DNA of 53,130 nucleotides from Acidimicrobiales bacterium (GCA_047516945.1 JAKZTU010000048.1:1-53130), one strand, 5' to 3'; shown: positions 1 to 9,583, counted from the first letter of the stretch. Numbers and translations: made by a program. Notes: generated by a model from the letters alone, not told the origin.

Positions 1-77
1 GCGCTCGGCCGAGGAATATTGGCTCTTTGACCTAGCGGTGGCTGGCTGACAAACGCCGGCTCGTAAGCCAATGGTTG

Positions 78-114
78 ATTGGTGGGCCGAGGCACTACGC
101 CTCGGCCCACCAAT
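78..114 (+). other. Perfect 16-bp stem / 5-nt loop hairpin between an off-window upstream gene end and the first ABC permease gene
   Basis: Read directly: attggtgggccgaggc-actac-gcctcggcccaccaat. No U-tract follows, so this is more likely an mRNA-stability or partial-termination element than a canonical intrinsic terminator. Confidence 0.6.
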
Positions 115-147
115 TGACGGAAGGAGGGCGAGCAGAGAGGAACGCCG

Positions 148-1182
148 GTGACGAGGTACGTGGTTGGGCGCATAGGTCAGTCGCTACTGCTTGTGCTCGG
201 CGTGATGGTCATCGTCTTTGCGATGCTGCGGGTGTCAGGGGACCCGACCAACCTGCTCGTTCCCAGGGAGGCAACCCAGGAGCAAAGAGAAGCGGCACGA
301 GAGGCGCACGGCTTGAACAAGTCCGGTGCCGAACAGTTTGTCGACTTCGTGGGCGATTCGGCCCGCCTTGACTTTGGTAATTCTCTTCGGTACAAGATTC
401 CGGTTCGAGAAGTGATCTTCGACCGTATGCCAGCGACGATCGAGCTTGGCATCGCGGCGATGGCCTTCGCGGTCGTAGTCGGAGTAACGCTCGGGATTTT
501 GGCGGGCGTCAAGGCGGGCGGCCGCTGGGATGGTGCGGCGCGCGGGTTCGGCCTGCTCGGCCAGACGATCCCGAATTTCTGGCTGTCGTTGGTCTTCATC
601 GTGGTGTTCGCCGTCAAGCTTGGATGGTTGCCGTCGTTCGGGCGCAGCACGATGTCGATGTGGTTCCTCACCATTCCTGACAAGTCGATAATCTTGCCGG
701 CGGTTGCTCTCGGCTTGTTTCCGACGGCTCAGTTTCTGCGGTTCACGAGATCGTCGGTGCTGGAGATCGTCAATGAGGAGTACGTGCGCATCGCTCGCAG
801 CAAAGGCCTCAGAGCGCCAGTCATCTACATTCGTTATATATTGCGCAACGCGCTTATCCCACTCATCAGTGTAATGAGCCTGCAGATCGGGGCGCTGCTG
901 GGTGGATCGTTGTATATTGAAGCTGTTTTTGCGTGGCCTGGCGCCGGAGGGTTGTTGGCCGAGGCCGTGAGCAATCGCGACTTCCAACTCGTACAGGGCA
1001 TAGCGTTCTTCGGCGCGCTCATCGTCATCCTCTTCTCGCTTCTTTCTGACGTGCTGTACACAGTCGCCGACCCGCGGATCAGAGTGGGAACGTTGGGACA
1101 GATGGGGACCGGTCGGCGTAGATCAGCCGCGGACCATGCGTCTGCGGCGATAACGAAGCCACGCGGAGAGGGGATCACATGA
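148..1182 (+). CDS. ABC transporter permease, Dpp/Opp/Nik (peptide/nickel) type, subunit B-like
   Basis: GTG start. The N-terminus MTRYVVGRIGQSLLLVLGVMVIVFAMLRVSGDP is typical of DppB/OppB. Multiple TM segments. ATGA overlap with the next permease gene. Confidence 0.9.
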   Translation: MTRYVVGRIGQSLLLVLGVMVIVFAMLRVSGDPTNLLVPREATQEQREAAREAHGLNKSGAEQFVDFVGDSARLDFGNSLRYKIPVREVIFDRMPATIELGIAAMAFAVVVGVTLGILAGVKAGGRWDGAARGFGLLGQTIPNFWLSLVFIVVFAVKLGWLPSFGRSTMSMWFLTIPDKSIILPAVALGLFPTAQFLRFTRSSVLEIVNEEYVRIARSKGLRAPVIYIRYILRNALIPLISVMSLQIGALLGGSLYIEAVFAWPGAGGLLAEAVSNRDFQLVQGIAFFGALIVILFSLLSDVLYTVADPRIRVGTLGQMGTGRRRSAADHASAAITKPRGEGIT

Positions 1183-2138
1183 CCGATCACGCCACTCCAA
1201 GAGGCGCGGATTTCTCTGCTGAGGAGATTGAAACCGACCATCAAGTCGACACCGAAAAGGATCTGCGGCTCCGGGCCCGGGCTCGCGATGCCCTGCGGCT
1301 ACTTCGCCGGTCCAAGGGCGGCATGTTCGGTGCCTTCGTCTTCGTCATGTTGCTCATCCTCGCCACGTTCGCGCCATGGATCGCTCCCCATGATCCTCTC
1401 CAGCAGACACTGAGCGATGCCAATACCCCGCCGTTCTGGTCCGATGGTGGCTCCAACGACTACCTGATCGGCACCGACACCCTCGGACGCGACATTCTCA
1501 GCCGCATCATCTTCGGAACCCGAGTCTCGCTTGGTGTGGCTCTCGGTGGCGTTGGAATCGCCATCACGTTGGGTATGGCGATCGGTCTGATCGCCGGCTA
1601 CCGAGGCGGCAAGATCGACGCCGTGATCGTCGGTTTCATCAATCTGATCCTGTCGCTGCCCTACCTGTTGTTCGTGGTGTTCTTCGCAGCCGTCGTTGGG
1701 CGAAGCCTGCTCAACGTGATTCTCATCTTCGGCTTCACGTCGATTCCGGTGTTTGCCCGTGTGACGCGGGGTGAGGTCTTGAAGCTACGGGAGAGCACGT
1801 TCATCGAGGCAGCGAGAAACGTCGGCGTACCGGAGGGCCAGATCCTACGGCTGCACCTGTTGCCCAACCTCGTCGGCCCGCTGGCCACGCTGGCCACGTT
1901 CGAGATGTCGGCCATGATCCTCTACGAGGCCGGCCTCGGATTCCTCGGTCTTTCGGTGCCGCCCAGCACGCCGAGCTGGGGCAACATGATCAGCGCCGGT
2001 CGAGGCGTGCTGACGATTCGTCCGTGGATCTCGCTCGCACCGGGGTTCGCCATCGTCTTTGCCGGACTCGGGCTCAACTTGCTCGGCGATTGGTTGCGCG
2101 ACGCACTCGACCCCCGATCTCAACGAGTGAAGCAGTGA
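1179..2138 (+). CDS. ABC transporter permease, Dpp/Opp type, subunit C-like
   Basis: LGTDTLGRDILSRIIFG motif and TM-rich body typical of DppC/OppC. Start and stop overlap the neighbouring genes (operon). Confidence 0.9.
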   Translation: MTDHATPRGADFSAEEIETDHQVDTEKDLRLRARARDALRLLRRSKGGMFGAFVFVMLLILATFAPWIAPHDPLQQTLSDANTPPFWSDGGSNDYLIGTDTLGRDILSRIIFGTRVSLGVALGGVGIAITLGMAIGLIAGYRGGKIDAVIVGFINLILSLPYLLFVVFFAAVVGRSLLNVILIFGFTSIPVFARVTRGEVLKLRESTFIEAARNVGVPEGQILRLHLLPNLVGPLATLATFEMSAMILYEAGLGFLGLSVPPSTPSWGNMISAGRGVLTIRPWISLAPGFAIVFAGLGLNLLGDWLRDALDPRSQRVKQ

Positions 2139-3142
2139 ACGCGCCGGCACTGATCGACGTGAAGAACCTCGAGGTCCGGTTCGACATCCCGGAAGGCACC
2201 GTGCATGCGGTGAACGGCGTCACGTTCTCGGTCGCCAAGGGTGAGACGCTGGCCATCGTGGGCGAAAGCGGAAGCGGAAAATCTGTGACGATGCTAGCCC
2301 TGCTGCGGCTGCTCGCCGAGCCGCCGGCACGGATATCCAACGGCACAGCGACCCTCGAGACAGCGGACGGAACGGTCAACCTCCTGCAAGAGTCTCAGCG
2401 CCGGCTGCGACGGGTTCGAGGGGCCGAGATCGGGTTCATTGCCCAGGACCCCATGAGCTCCCTCAATCCAACAGTGCGGATCTCAACCCAGCTCATCGAC
2501 GTGATCCGCACCCATCTCGGTCTATCGAGGCGGCAGGCTCGCAACCGCGCTATCGATCTGCTGGAGAGGGTCGGGATACCCGACGCCGCCGGCCGCATCA
2601 ATGCCTACCCTCACCAGTTCTCGGGAGGGATGCGACAGCGCGTCATGATCGCCATCGCAGTGGCGTGCGACCCCCATCTGCTGATCGCCGATGAGCCAAC
2701 CACGGCGCTCGACGTGACGGTACAGGCCCAGATCGTGGAGCTCATGCAGGATCTGCGCGACGAACTCGGGCTGGCCCTGATCTGGATCACCCACGATCTC
2801 GGCGTCGTTGCCGGTCTGGCCGATCGAGTAGCGGTTATGTATGCTGGCCGGCTTGTAGAGATATCCGATGTGGTCAGCCTGTACCAGCGGCCACTACACC
2901 CGTACACCATAGGGCTCCTGAATGCCCTGCCCAAGATGGGCGACCGAGCTGATCGGTTGACCAGCATCCCCGGTCTGCCGCCCGATCTCACTGAAGAGCC
3001 GACTCATTGCCCGTTCGCGGCTCGCTGCCCCCATGTGTTCGACCGATGCAGAAGCGAGATGCCGACGCTGATCGAGCCGGTCCATGGTCGACACGTCGCT
3101 TGTTTCTACGACGTCGAGGCGGGGCTGCCACGACATGGCTGA
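2135..3142 (+). CDS. ABC transporter ATP-binding protein, DppD/OppD-like
   Basis: Walker A GESGSGKS, signature FSGGMRQR, Walker [13 protein letters not shown], and an oligopeptide-type C-terminal Cys-rich tail. GTG at 2135 overlaps the upstream stop (GTGA). The longer ORF from 2024 overlaps the permease and was rejected. Confidence 0.9.
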   Translation: MNAPALIDVKNLEVRFDIPEGTVHAVNGVTFSVAKGETLAIVGESGSGKSVTMLALLRLLAEPPARISNGTATLETADGTVNLLQESQRRLRRVRGAEIGFIAQDPMSSLNPTVRISTQLIDVIRTHLGLSRRQARNRAIDLLERVGIPDAAGRINAYPHQFSGGMRQRVMIAIAVACDPHLLIADEPTTALDVTVQAQIVELMQDLRDELGLALIWITHDLGVVAGLADRVAVMYAGRLVEISDVVSLYQRPLHPYTIGLLNALPKMGDRADRLTSIPGLPPDLTEEPTHCPFAARCPHVFDRCRSEMPTLIEPVHGRHVACFYDVEAGLPRHG

Positions 3143-4199
3143 GCCCGGCTCGGCTGAGTCGGCCCAACCCGTCGCAGAGTCGGCGGCGTCGGCCACGGTC
3201 AGGGGTTCTGCTGAGCCCGTGCTTCGGGTCGTGAACATGACGAAGTATTTTCCGGGAAGGTCGAGCGACAAACCGATCAAGGCGGTCGATGGCGTGAGCT
3301 TCGAGCTCTTCGCGGGCGAAACGCTTGGGCTGGTCGGCGAGAGCGGGTGCGGCAAATCCACCACCGGAAGGGCTGTGCTCCAGCTCCATCGCCCTTCTTC
3401 CGGGCAGGTCTGGCTGGGCGACATCGAACTCACGAACCTCGGCGAAAAGGAGCTGCGCAAACTCCGACCGCGGATGCAGATGATCTTCCAGGACTCCTAT
3501 GCGTCGCTGAATCCCCGCCATACCGTCGGCCGCATCATCGGCGAGCCGATGAGGGTCCACACGCAGATGACAACGCAACAGGTCAACGACCGGGTGCTGG
3601 AGCTTCTCGACCGGGTCGGCCTCCGTGCTGCTCACCGCACCCGCTACCCCCACGAATTCTCCGGCGGTCAGCGCCAGCGAATCAACATCGCCCGGGCGCT
3701 CGCCCTCAGCCCCGACCTGATCGTCTGCGACGAGCCCATCTCTGCGCTCGATGTGTCGATCCAAGCGCAGGCGATCAACCTCTTCGCCGATCTTCAAGAC
3801 GAGTTCGGAATCGCCTACCTGTTCGTGGCCCACGACCTCTCGATGGTGGAGCACATCTCCGACCGAGTCGCGGTGATGTATCTCGGACACATCGTCGAGC
3901 TCGCCCCGACCGAGCCTCTGTTCGAGGCAACGCTTCACCCGTACACGCAGGCCTTGCTGTCGGCGGTTCCGGTACCGGATCCTGTGGCCGAGGCCAGTCG
4001 GACCCGTGTACCGCTCGTGGGCGAGGTTCCGAGTCCTGCCGCGCCGCCGCCCGGGTGTGTCTTCTCGACCCGCTGCCCCTTGGTTATCGACCGCTGTCGT
4101 GCTGAGGTACCCGAACTCCGTGCGATCACCCCCAACCATTGGGCTGCATGTCATCTCGCCGATCGGGAAGGGTCGTCGATCGTCGGTGAGCCTCGCTGA
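3135..4199 (+). CDS. ABC transporter ATP-binding protein, DppF/OppF-like
   Basis: Walker A GESGCGKST, signature FSGGQRQR, Walker B LIVCDEPISALD. ATG at 3135 overlaps the upstream stop. Confidence 0.9.
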   Translation: MAEPGSAESAQPVAESAASATVRGSAEPVLRVVNMTKYFPGRSSDKPIKAVDGVSFELFAGETLGLVGESGCGKSTTGRAVLQLHRPSSGQVWLGDIELTNLGEKELRKLRPRMQMIFQDSYASLNPRHTVGRIIGEPMRVHTQMTTQQVNDRVLELLDRVGLRAAHRTRYPHEFSGGQRQRINIARALALSPDLIVCDEPISALDVSIQAQAINLFADLQDEFGIAYLFVAHDLSMVEHISDRVAVMYLGHIVELAPTEPLFEATLHPYTQALLSAVPVPDPVAEASRTRVPLVGEVPSPAAPPPGCVFSTRCPLVIDRCRAEVPELRAITPNHWAACHLADREGSSIVGEPR

Positions 4200-4294
4200 T
4201 CAGTGGAGGTCGCGCGGTGAACTCACTGCGTTACCCCCAACCCGAGGCCATCATCTAGCCTGTCCCGCTAACTCGCTTCTTGGAGGCTGCCCCG

Positions 4295-5158
4295 ATGAAG
4301 TTCGTGTCGTACAACATCCACTACTCACAAGGCAAGGACGGCCGTTTCGACCTCGAAAGGACCGCGGCCGCGGTACGAAGTGCCGACGTGATCGCACTGC
4401 AGGAAGTCGTGCGCAACCTCGACGCGCCTCCTGACAAAGATCAACCAGCCCGGTTGGGGGAGTTGCTTTCGCAGCATCACTGGGTGTACGGACCCAATGT
4501 CGATCTTGACGCGAACTCGAAAACTCCCAATGGGTCAGTCGAGCATCGTCGACTTCAGTTCGGCAATATGGTCCTTTCCCGCTGGCCGATCCTCTCGTGT
4601 CGGAACCTGCTCTTGCCGAGAGTACGGGTCATCGATGCCCATGGCGAACAGCGTGGCGCGCTCGAAGCAATCATAGATGCTCCGTCTGGGCCTCTTCGGT
4701 GCTACTCAGTCCATCTCAATTCTGTCAACCCCCGGCTACGGAGAACAGAGATCGAGTATCTGCTGCCATTTCTGTTTGGGGTCCCCTTCAATGGGGCGTC
4801 GGTCACCGGAATCGAATGGATGGGCATCGGCGAGAGCCCTGCGCCAACCGAGTTCGTGCTGATGGGCGACTTCAACCTGACTCCAACGTCAACCGAGTAT
4901 TCACTCATCGTCGGCGAGGCTGACTACTACTACGGCCATACTCTCACCGGTGACCGGCTCGTGGACACGTGGACTGCAGCCGGCAACTCCCTCGACGAGG
5001 GAATCAGCTGGTATGACGGGAGTCGAGGGTTCGAGGTCGGCTTGAAGCTCGACTACGGATTCGTGACGCCGGGCCTGGCATCAAGGGTCGAATCTGCGTG
5101 GATCGACGACGACGCGGTCGGGTCGGACCACCAGCCAACGTGGTTCGAACTCAACTAG
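4295..5158 (+). CDS. Endonuclease/exonuclease/phosphatase (EEP) family protein
   Basis: N-terminal KFVSYNIHY..., internal LQEV, C-terminal GSDHQP, which are hallmark EEP motifs. GGAGG lies 8 nt before the ATG at 4295. Confidence 0.8.
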   Translation: MKFVSYNIHYSQGKDGRFDLERTAAAVRSADVIALQEVVRNLDAPPDKDQPARLGELLSQHHWVYGPNVDLDANSKTPNGSVEHRRLQFGNMVLSRWPILSCRNLLLPRVRVIDAHGEQRGALEAIIDAPSGPLRCYSVHLNSVNPRLRRTEIEYLLPFLFGVPFNGASVTGIEWMGIGESPAPTEFVLMGDFNLTPTSTEYSLIVGEADYYYGHTLTGDRLVDTWTAAGNSLDEGISWYDGSRGFEVGLKLDYGFVTPGLASRVESAWIDDDAVGSDHQPTWFELN

Positions 5159-5159
5159 T

Positions 5160-5477
5160 TGTGCTGTCCGCGGTATCGAAGAACCTGAGAACTTCCTCCA
5201 CCCCAGCTTGCTGCCCGAGTTGGCGGACGAATGTCGTTCGGCCTTGGCGCGCACGCAGTTGCTCGTGACCACCCACTCACCTTTCTTCCTTGACGGTTTG
5301 AGGGCCAAGGAGGTGCGCATCCTTTGGCGTGATGACGTCGGCTACACCCATGTACGTCGTGCTTCCGACATTGAAGGGATCCCGCAACAGATCGACTCAG
5401 GCGGACTGCTTGGCAACCTGTGGACAGAAGGCTGGTTTGGAGTCGGTGATCCATTGGCTCACTCGCGACCGTGGTAA
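5160..5477 (+). pseudogene. C-terminal remnant of an AAA_21/OLD-like ATPase (N-terminal ATP-binding part missing)
   Basis: The in-frame translation from about 5172 reads GIEEPENFLHPSLLPELADECRSALARTQLLVTTHSPFFLDGL. This is the Walker-B/D-loop (EEPE..LHP) and THSP block of SMC-like AAA_15/21 ATPases. No Walker A region exists upstream, because the frame runs straight into the EEP gene stop. Confidence 0.65.
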
Positions 5478-5986
5478 ATAGAGATTCAGTTCATCACGAC
5501 GCGGCCGACCGCTTGCCGTTCTTTGTTGAAGAAAGCTCGATGCTGGACTTCTTGAACGGTTTCCTTCCGCGTTTTCTGCCTGAGAACGTGCATTTTGACA
5601 TTAGGACGGCAAGCTCTTTCGGTGGTGTTGGCAGTTGTGGCGCTTTCCAGGGTCTAAAGGAAATCACTGTGGGGCTAGCCCTGTTGAGTCCTATCGACTT
5701 GGAGTCCCTAAAGTCCGAAGTCACGGGCATGACCATCGTTGCACCGCTGTACTCCGACGAGAGATCCTTCTTTTCTGACCACGAACCAGGTGTCTTCGAA
5801 GTGCTCCGCGCCGGCGAGTTCTTGGGGTATGTGGATGCTGATAACGAGGTCACCTTCCCCGCGGCGCGCACCGTCAACCCCTATCCGGAAGGTGCTGCAT
5901 CGATCCAGCTGGAAGACCTGTTGGACCCACCGCGAACCGTCAACTTGACTAAAATAGATGGCCGTCTCACTCGCAGTGATGAATAG
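5471..5986 (+). CDS. Hypothetical protein, possibly DUF4276-like partner of the truncated ATPase
   Basis: Overlaps the ATPase remnant by 7 nt (GTGGTAA). The N-terminal LPFFVEESSMLDFLNGFLPRFLP resembles the xxVEGxSE..fl..ll.r start of DUF4276 proteins, but this is from recollection only. An alternative TTG start lies at 5513. The region is visibly more AT-rich than its flanks. Confidence 0.4.
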   Translation: MVNRDSVHHDAADRLPFFVEESSMLDFLNGFLPRFLPENVHFDIRTASSFGGVGSCGAFQGLKEITVGLALLSPIDLESLKSEVTGMTIVAPLYSDERSFFSDHEPGVFEVLRAGEFLGYVDADNEVTFPAARTVNPYPEGAASIQLEDLLDPPRTVNLTKIDGRLTRSDE

Positions 5987-6384
5987 CCTCACAATCGAGT
6001 CGCACAATCTGCGCTACTTCCCGCAACCTGCGCGTGCACTGACCTGAAGCAATCATGCTAAACGATTGAAGCTGGCGCTTCAGGTAGGTCCCCCGTTGGT
6101 TTGGGCGCAGGTGAACTCCTATGTCAATTTGGGTGGTTTGGAGGGTGGTGTAGGAACCAGACCGTAACCCCCTGGCTGAAGGCACCGGCAACGGTGTGCT
6201 CGATCTCGCCAGCGAACCGGTCTTTGACGTACTCCCGCAGCCGGTGTTGCGACGACCATATGAATCCGCCCTGTGTGTCTAACTCACCGTATATCTGACA
6301 CTGCGCACCAGAGCGATGCGGCCCGACACGGACGCGCGCCATAATCGTCCCGGGGTGGGGGAGCGGGTCCGGTAACCTTCTGCC

Positions 6385-6939
6385 ATGTCGTTGGATTCGG
6401 TCGTTCTGGTTGGTCCCATGGGATCGGGGAAGTCGACGGTCGGTCGCGCCCTAGCGGATCGTGAGCAGATGAACCACCTCGACCTCGACGAGATGCTCGT
6501 CGCGGCTCGCGGACTCACAATTCCCGAGATCTTCGAGGTCGAGGGTGAATCTGGATTTCGAACTCTTGAACACGATGCCCTGTCAAGCGCGCTTGTCGGG
6601 GGGCCTGCGGTGATATCCACTGGAGGTGGTGTGGTCACAATCGAGTCCAACCGGGACCTGTTGGGCCGATCCGGTGCTCTGGTTGTCTGGCTCGATGCTT
6701 CGGTGGAGGTGTTGACCGGTCGGGTCGGCGACGGCGCAACAAGGCCATTGTTGGCCGGCGACGATGTTGAGGGCGCACTGCGAACCACCGTCGCCGAGCG
6801 CGCCGACCGGTACAACGAGGTCGCAGACATCCGAATCGACACCTCCGATATGACCGTTGAGGACTGTGTCGATCTCATCGTCGTCACAAGCGCGCAGCAC
6901 GCACCACAGCACGTTCAGAGGCCGGCATCATGGCGGTAG
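6385..6939 (+). CDS. aroK: Shikimate kinase
   Basis: VVLVGPMGSGKSTVGRALA P-loop, appropriate size, and overlap with aroB. Confidence 0.9.
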   Translation: MSLDSVVLVGPMGSGKSTVGRALADREQMNHLDLDEMLVAARGLTIPEIFEVEGESGFRTLEHDALSSALVGGPAVISTGGGVVTIESNRDLLGRSGALVVWLDASVEVLTGRVGDGATRPLLAGDDVEGALRTTVAERADRYNEVADIRIDTSDMTVEDCVDLIVVTSAQHAPQHVQRPASWR

Positions 6940-7949
6940 TCAACGTTGAACTACGTGATCGCCCCTACCCGGTGCATGTCGGGCCCAAGGCGCGGGAGAT
7001 GCTGGGCGCACTCATCCCGTCGGGAGCCAGACGGGTTGCGGTGATCACCCAGGAATCAATCCCTTGGAGCGTCGATCCCGGACTTGCGGCACTCACCATC
7101 ACGGTTCCCGAAGGGGAATCGGCGAAGTCGCTGAGCGTCGTGGAGGACATCTGTCGAAAGATGGCGGTCGCGGGGTTCAGCCGCGCCGATGTGGTGGTGG
7201 CAGTCGGTGGAGGTGTCGTCACCGATGTCGGCGGTTTCGCAGCAGCGGTCTATCACCGCGGTATCCGCTTCATCAACGTGGCAACCACGCTGTTGGCTCA
7301 GGTTGATGCCGCTATCGGAGGAAAAACAGGAGTCAACCTGGTTGAAGGCAAGAACCTGGTGGGTGCTTTTTGGCAACCCTCCGCGGTAATTTGCGACACG
7401 GAGATGTTGACAACGCTTCCGATTCGCGAATATCGCAGCGGTTTGGGAGAAGTCGCCAAATATCACTTCCTCGGCCCGGTTCCCGCCGTACCTACGGGTT
7501 CACCGGAGGTGAAAGTGGATGCCGAAGTCGTGGCCGCCTGCGTGCAGATCAAAGCCGATGTTGTAGCTGCAGACGAGCGGGAAGGAGGCAGACGAGCGAT
7601 TCTCAACTACGGCCATACGCTCGCCCATGCCATCGAGACCGCGGGGCAATACGACTTGCGTCACGGTGAGGCTGTAGCCGTCGGTATCGCATACGCGGCC
7701 GAGGTCGCACGACGCCTTGAACGTATCGGCGACGAGCGCGTGATGGAGCATCACCAGGTGCTGGCCGGCTATGACCTGCCTTGCGGGTTACCCGAAGGGT
7801 TGGACACTGAGAAACTGCTCAACCTGTTCAGCCGCGACAAAAAAGCGATCGAAGGCGTCACATTGGTGCTCGACGGACCCAGCGGGGTCGAACCGGTCAC
7901 CGGGATCGACCCCGCGATCCTGCGCGACGCGCTGGGTACGCTGCGATGA
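6930..7949 (+). CDS. aroB: 3-dehydroquinate synthase
   Basis: GGGVVTD, GGKTGVN and HTLAHAIE motifs. Conserved aroK-aroB-aroQ order. Confidence 0.93.
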   Translation: MAVVNVELRDRPYPVHVGPKAREMLGALIPSGARRVAVITQESIPWSVDPGLAALTITVPEGESAKSLSVVEDICRKMAVAGFSRADVVVAVGGGVVTDVGGFAAAVYHRGIRFINVATTLLAQVDAAIGGKTGVNLVEGKNLVGAFWQPSAVICDTEMLTTLPIREYRSGLGEVAKYHFLGPVPAVPTGSPEVKVDAEVVAACVQIKADVVAADEREGGRRAILNYGHTLAHAIETAGQYDLRHGEAVAVGIAYAAEVARRLERIGDERVMEHHQVLAGYDLPCGLPEGLDTEKLLNLFSRDKKAIEGVTLVLDGPSGVEPVTGIDPAILRDALGTLR

Positions 7950-7998
7950 CCGGGTCTGATTCAGCAATTGAGTTGGGCGCGAGGACTGGAGACCATTC

Positions 7999-8439
7999 AT
8001 GAGTTCTGTTGTTCTGCTTGTATCGGGACCCAATCTCAATTTGTTGGGTACGCGAGAACCTGAGGTTTACGGCACCGAGACCCTCGATGACCACGTAGCA
8101 AACGCCACTGCCACTGCGGCTGTCCACGGCTTGGAGATCGAGCACTTTCAGTCCAACCACGAAGGGGAACTGATCGAGGCGATCCATGGTGCTAGAGATC
8201 GGGTGGCTGCCATCGTGATCAACCCGGGCGCTCTCACACACTCATCGTGGGCCATTCACGATGCCCTCGCCGCGTTTTCCGGAGTCATAGTTGAACTCCA
8301 TTTGTCGAACCCCAAAGCACGTGAATCGTGGCGTCACGTTTCAGTTGTCGCCCCTGTGGCCACGGGATCAATCGTCGGTTTTGGCGCGGACGGTTATCGC
8401 CTCGCGATGGAAGCTGTCGCAGCAAAGCTGGCGACATGA
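7999..8439 (+). CDS. aroQ: Type II 3-dehydroquinate dehydratase
   Basis: LLVSGPNLNLLGTREPEVYG and INPGALTHSS motifs; 146 aa. Confidence 0.93.
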   Translation: MSSVVLLVSGPNLNLLGTREPEVYGTETLDDHVANATATAAVHGLEIEHFQSNHEGELIEAIHGARDRVAAIVINPGALTHSSWAIHDALAAFSGVIVELHLSNPKARESWRHVSVVAPVATGSIVGFGADGYRLAMEAVAAKLAT

Positions 8440-8443
8440 GTTT

Positions 8444-9583
8444 GTGAACGCCCAACCCCATGACCTGCCGCCGCTGAGTGCACAGGGTCGCAGCGAACGC
8501 GTACAGGCCGCGGCGGAGGCGAAAGGTGCTGACGCGTTGGTGGTCACGGACCTGACCAACATCCGTTGGTGCACCGGCTTCACAGGTTCGGCTGGTGTGC
8601 TCGTCATCAGCAAAGACCGCAGCGTGTTGATCACCGACGGCAGATATCGCGATCAAGCCCCGGCTCAACTCGACGCTGCGGGCTCCGGCACGGAGGTGTG
8701 TATTGACTCGGCCTGGATCGCCACCGTTGCCACGATCCTCAACGACGTCAAGGGCGTGAACGGCGCCGCAAGAGTTGCACTTGAAGCCGATCGGATCGTG
8801 TGGGCAGATCAGCGTCGCTTGGCCGACGCGCTCGCTGCGGAGTTAATAGGGACCGTTGGTCTTGTTGCGGAGTTGCGCAGCGTGAAGGACGAAGCGGAAT
8901 TGGTTCGGATGGAGACCGCGGCGGAAATCGTTGACGCGGTACTCAGAGATTGCCAGAACCGATTTGTTCTGGGCATCAGCGAGCGTGAACTGGCTCAAAT
9001 GTTGGAGGACGGTATGCGTGCGGCGGGCGCCGAAGGTCCGGCCTATGACACGATCGTGGCTTCGGGCCCCAACGCGGCGTTGCCCCATGCCCGTGCGAGT
9101 TCCAGACGCCTCGCCAACGGTGATCTGGTGGTGGTCGACGCGGGAGCTTCGGTTGAGGGCTATCGCAGCGACATGACTCGTACCTTTGTTGTCGGCTCTC
9201 CCGACGATCAGGCGGTGGAGATCCACGACATCGTGACCCGAGCTCAAGCGGAGGGAGTGGCGACGGTGCGTGCCGGCGTTGAGGCGGGTGAAATCGACAG
9301 GGTCTGCCGGGATTTCATTGCGCGCGAGGGATACGGAGATGCCTTCGCACACGGAACGGGCCATGGAGTCGGTCTCGACATTCACGAACTTCCGGCGGTG
9401 CGCCGCGGCAACACCGCTATCCTTTCGCCCGGCCAAGTAATCACCGTCGAGCCAGGGATCTATCTCTTTGGTTACGGGGGTGTGCGAGTCGAAGACATGG
9501 TGGTCGTCACCAACGACGGTTGCCGCCCGTTGACCAAGTATCCCAAGGAGTTTGTGTGCCTGTCATCACAACCAACGATCTGA
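8444..9583 (+). CDS. Xaa-Pro aminopeptidase/dipeptidase, M24B family
   Basis: Creatinase-like N-domain plus M24 motifs (DAGA..YRSDMTRT, HGTGHGVGLDIHE, EPGIY). GTG at 8444 was chosen because the longer ORF from 8291 overlaps aroQ. Confidence 0.88.
   Translation: MNAQPHDLPPLSAQGRSERVQAAAEAKGADALVVTDLTNIRWCTGFTGSAGVLVISKDRSVLITDGRYRDQAPAQLDAAGSGTEVCIDSAWIATVATILNDVKGVNGAARVALEADRIVWADQRRLADALAAELIGTVGLVAELRSVKDEAELVRMETAAEIVDAVLRDCQNRFVLGISERELAQMLEDGMRAAGAEGPAYDTIVASGPNAALPHARASSRRLANGDLVVVDAGASVEGYRSDMTRTFVVGSPDDQAVEIHDIVTRAQAEGVATVRAGVEAGEIDRVCRDFIAREGYGDAFAHGTGHGVGLDIHELPAVRRGNTAILSPGQVITVEPGIYLFGYGGVRVEDMVVVTNDGCRPLTKYPKEFVCLSSQPTI

Noticed and set aside
2988-4154. 388-aa minus-strand ORF
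   Set aside because: It is entirely antisense to the well-supported OppF-like ATPase. Its composition is Arg/Gly/Pro-rich and low-complexity, typical of shadow ORFs in high-GC DNA, and it has no recognisable motifs.
5967-6342. Two short minus-strand ORFs (74 and 72 aa) in the spacer before aroK
   Set aside because: I can name no family resemblance, and there are no convincing starts or SDs. They are treated as non-coding or decayed sequence and mentioned only as possible debris.
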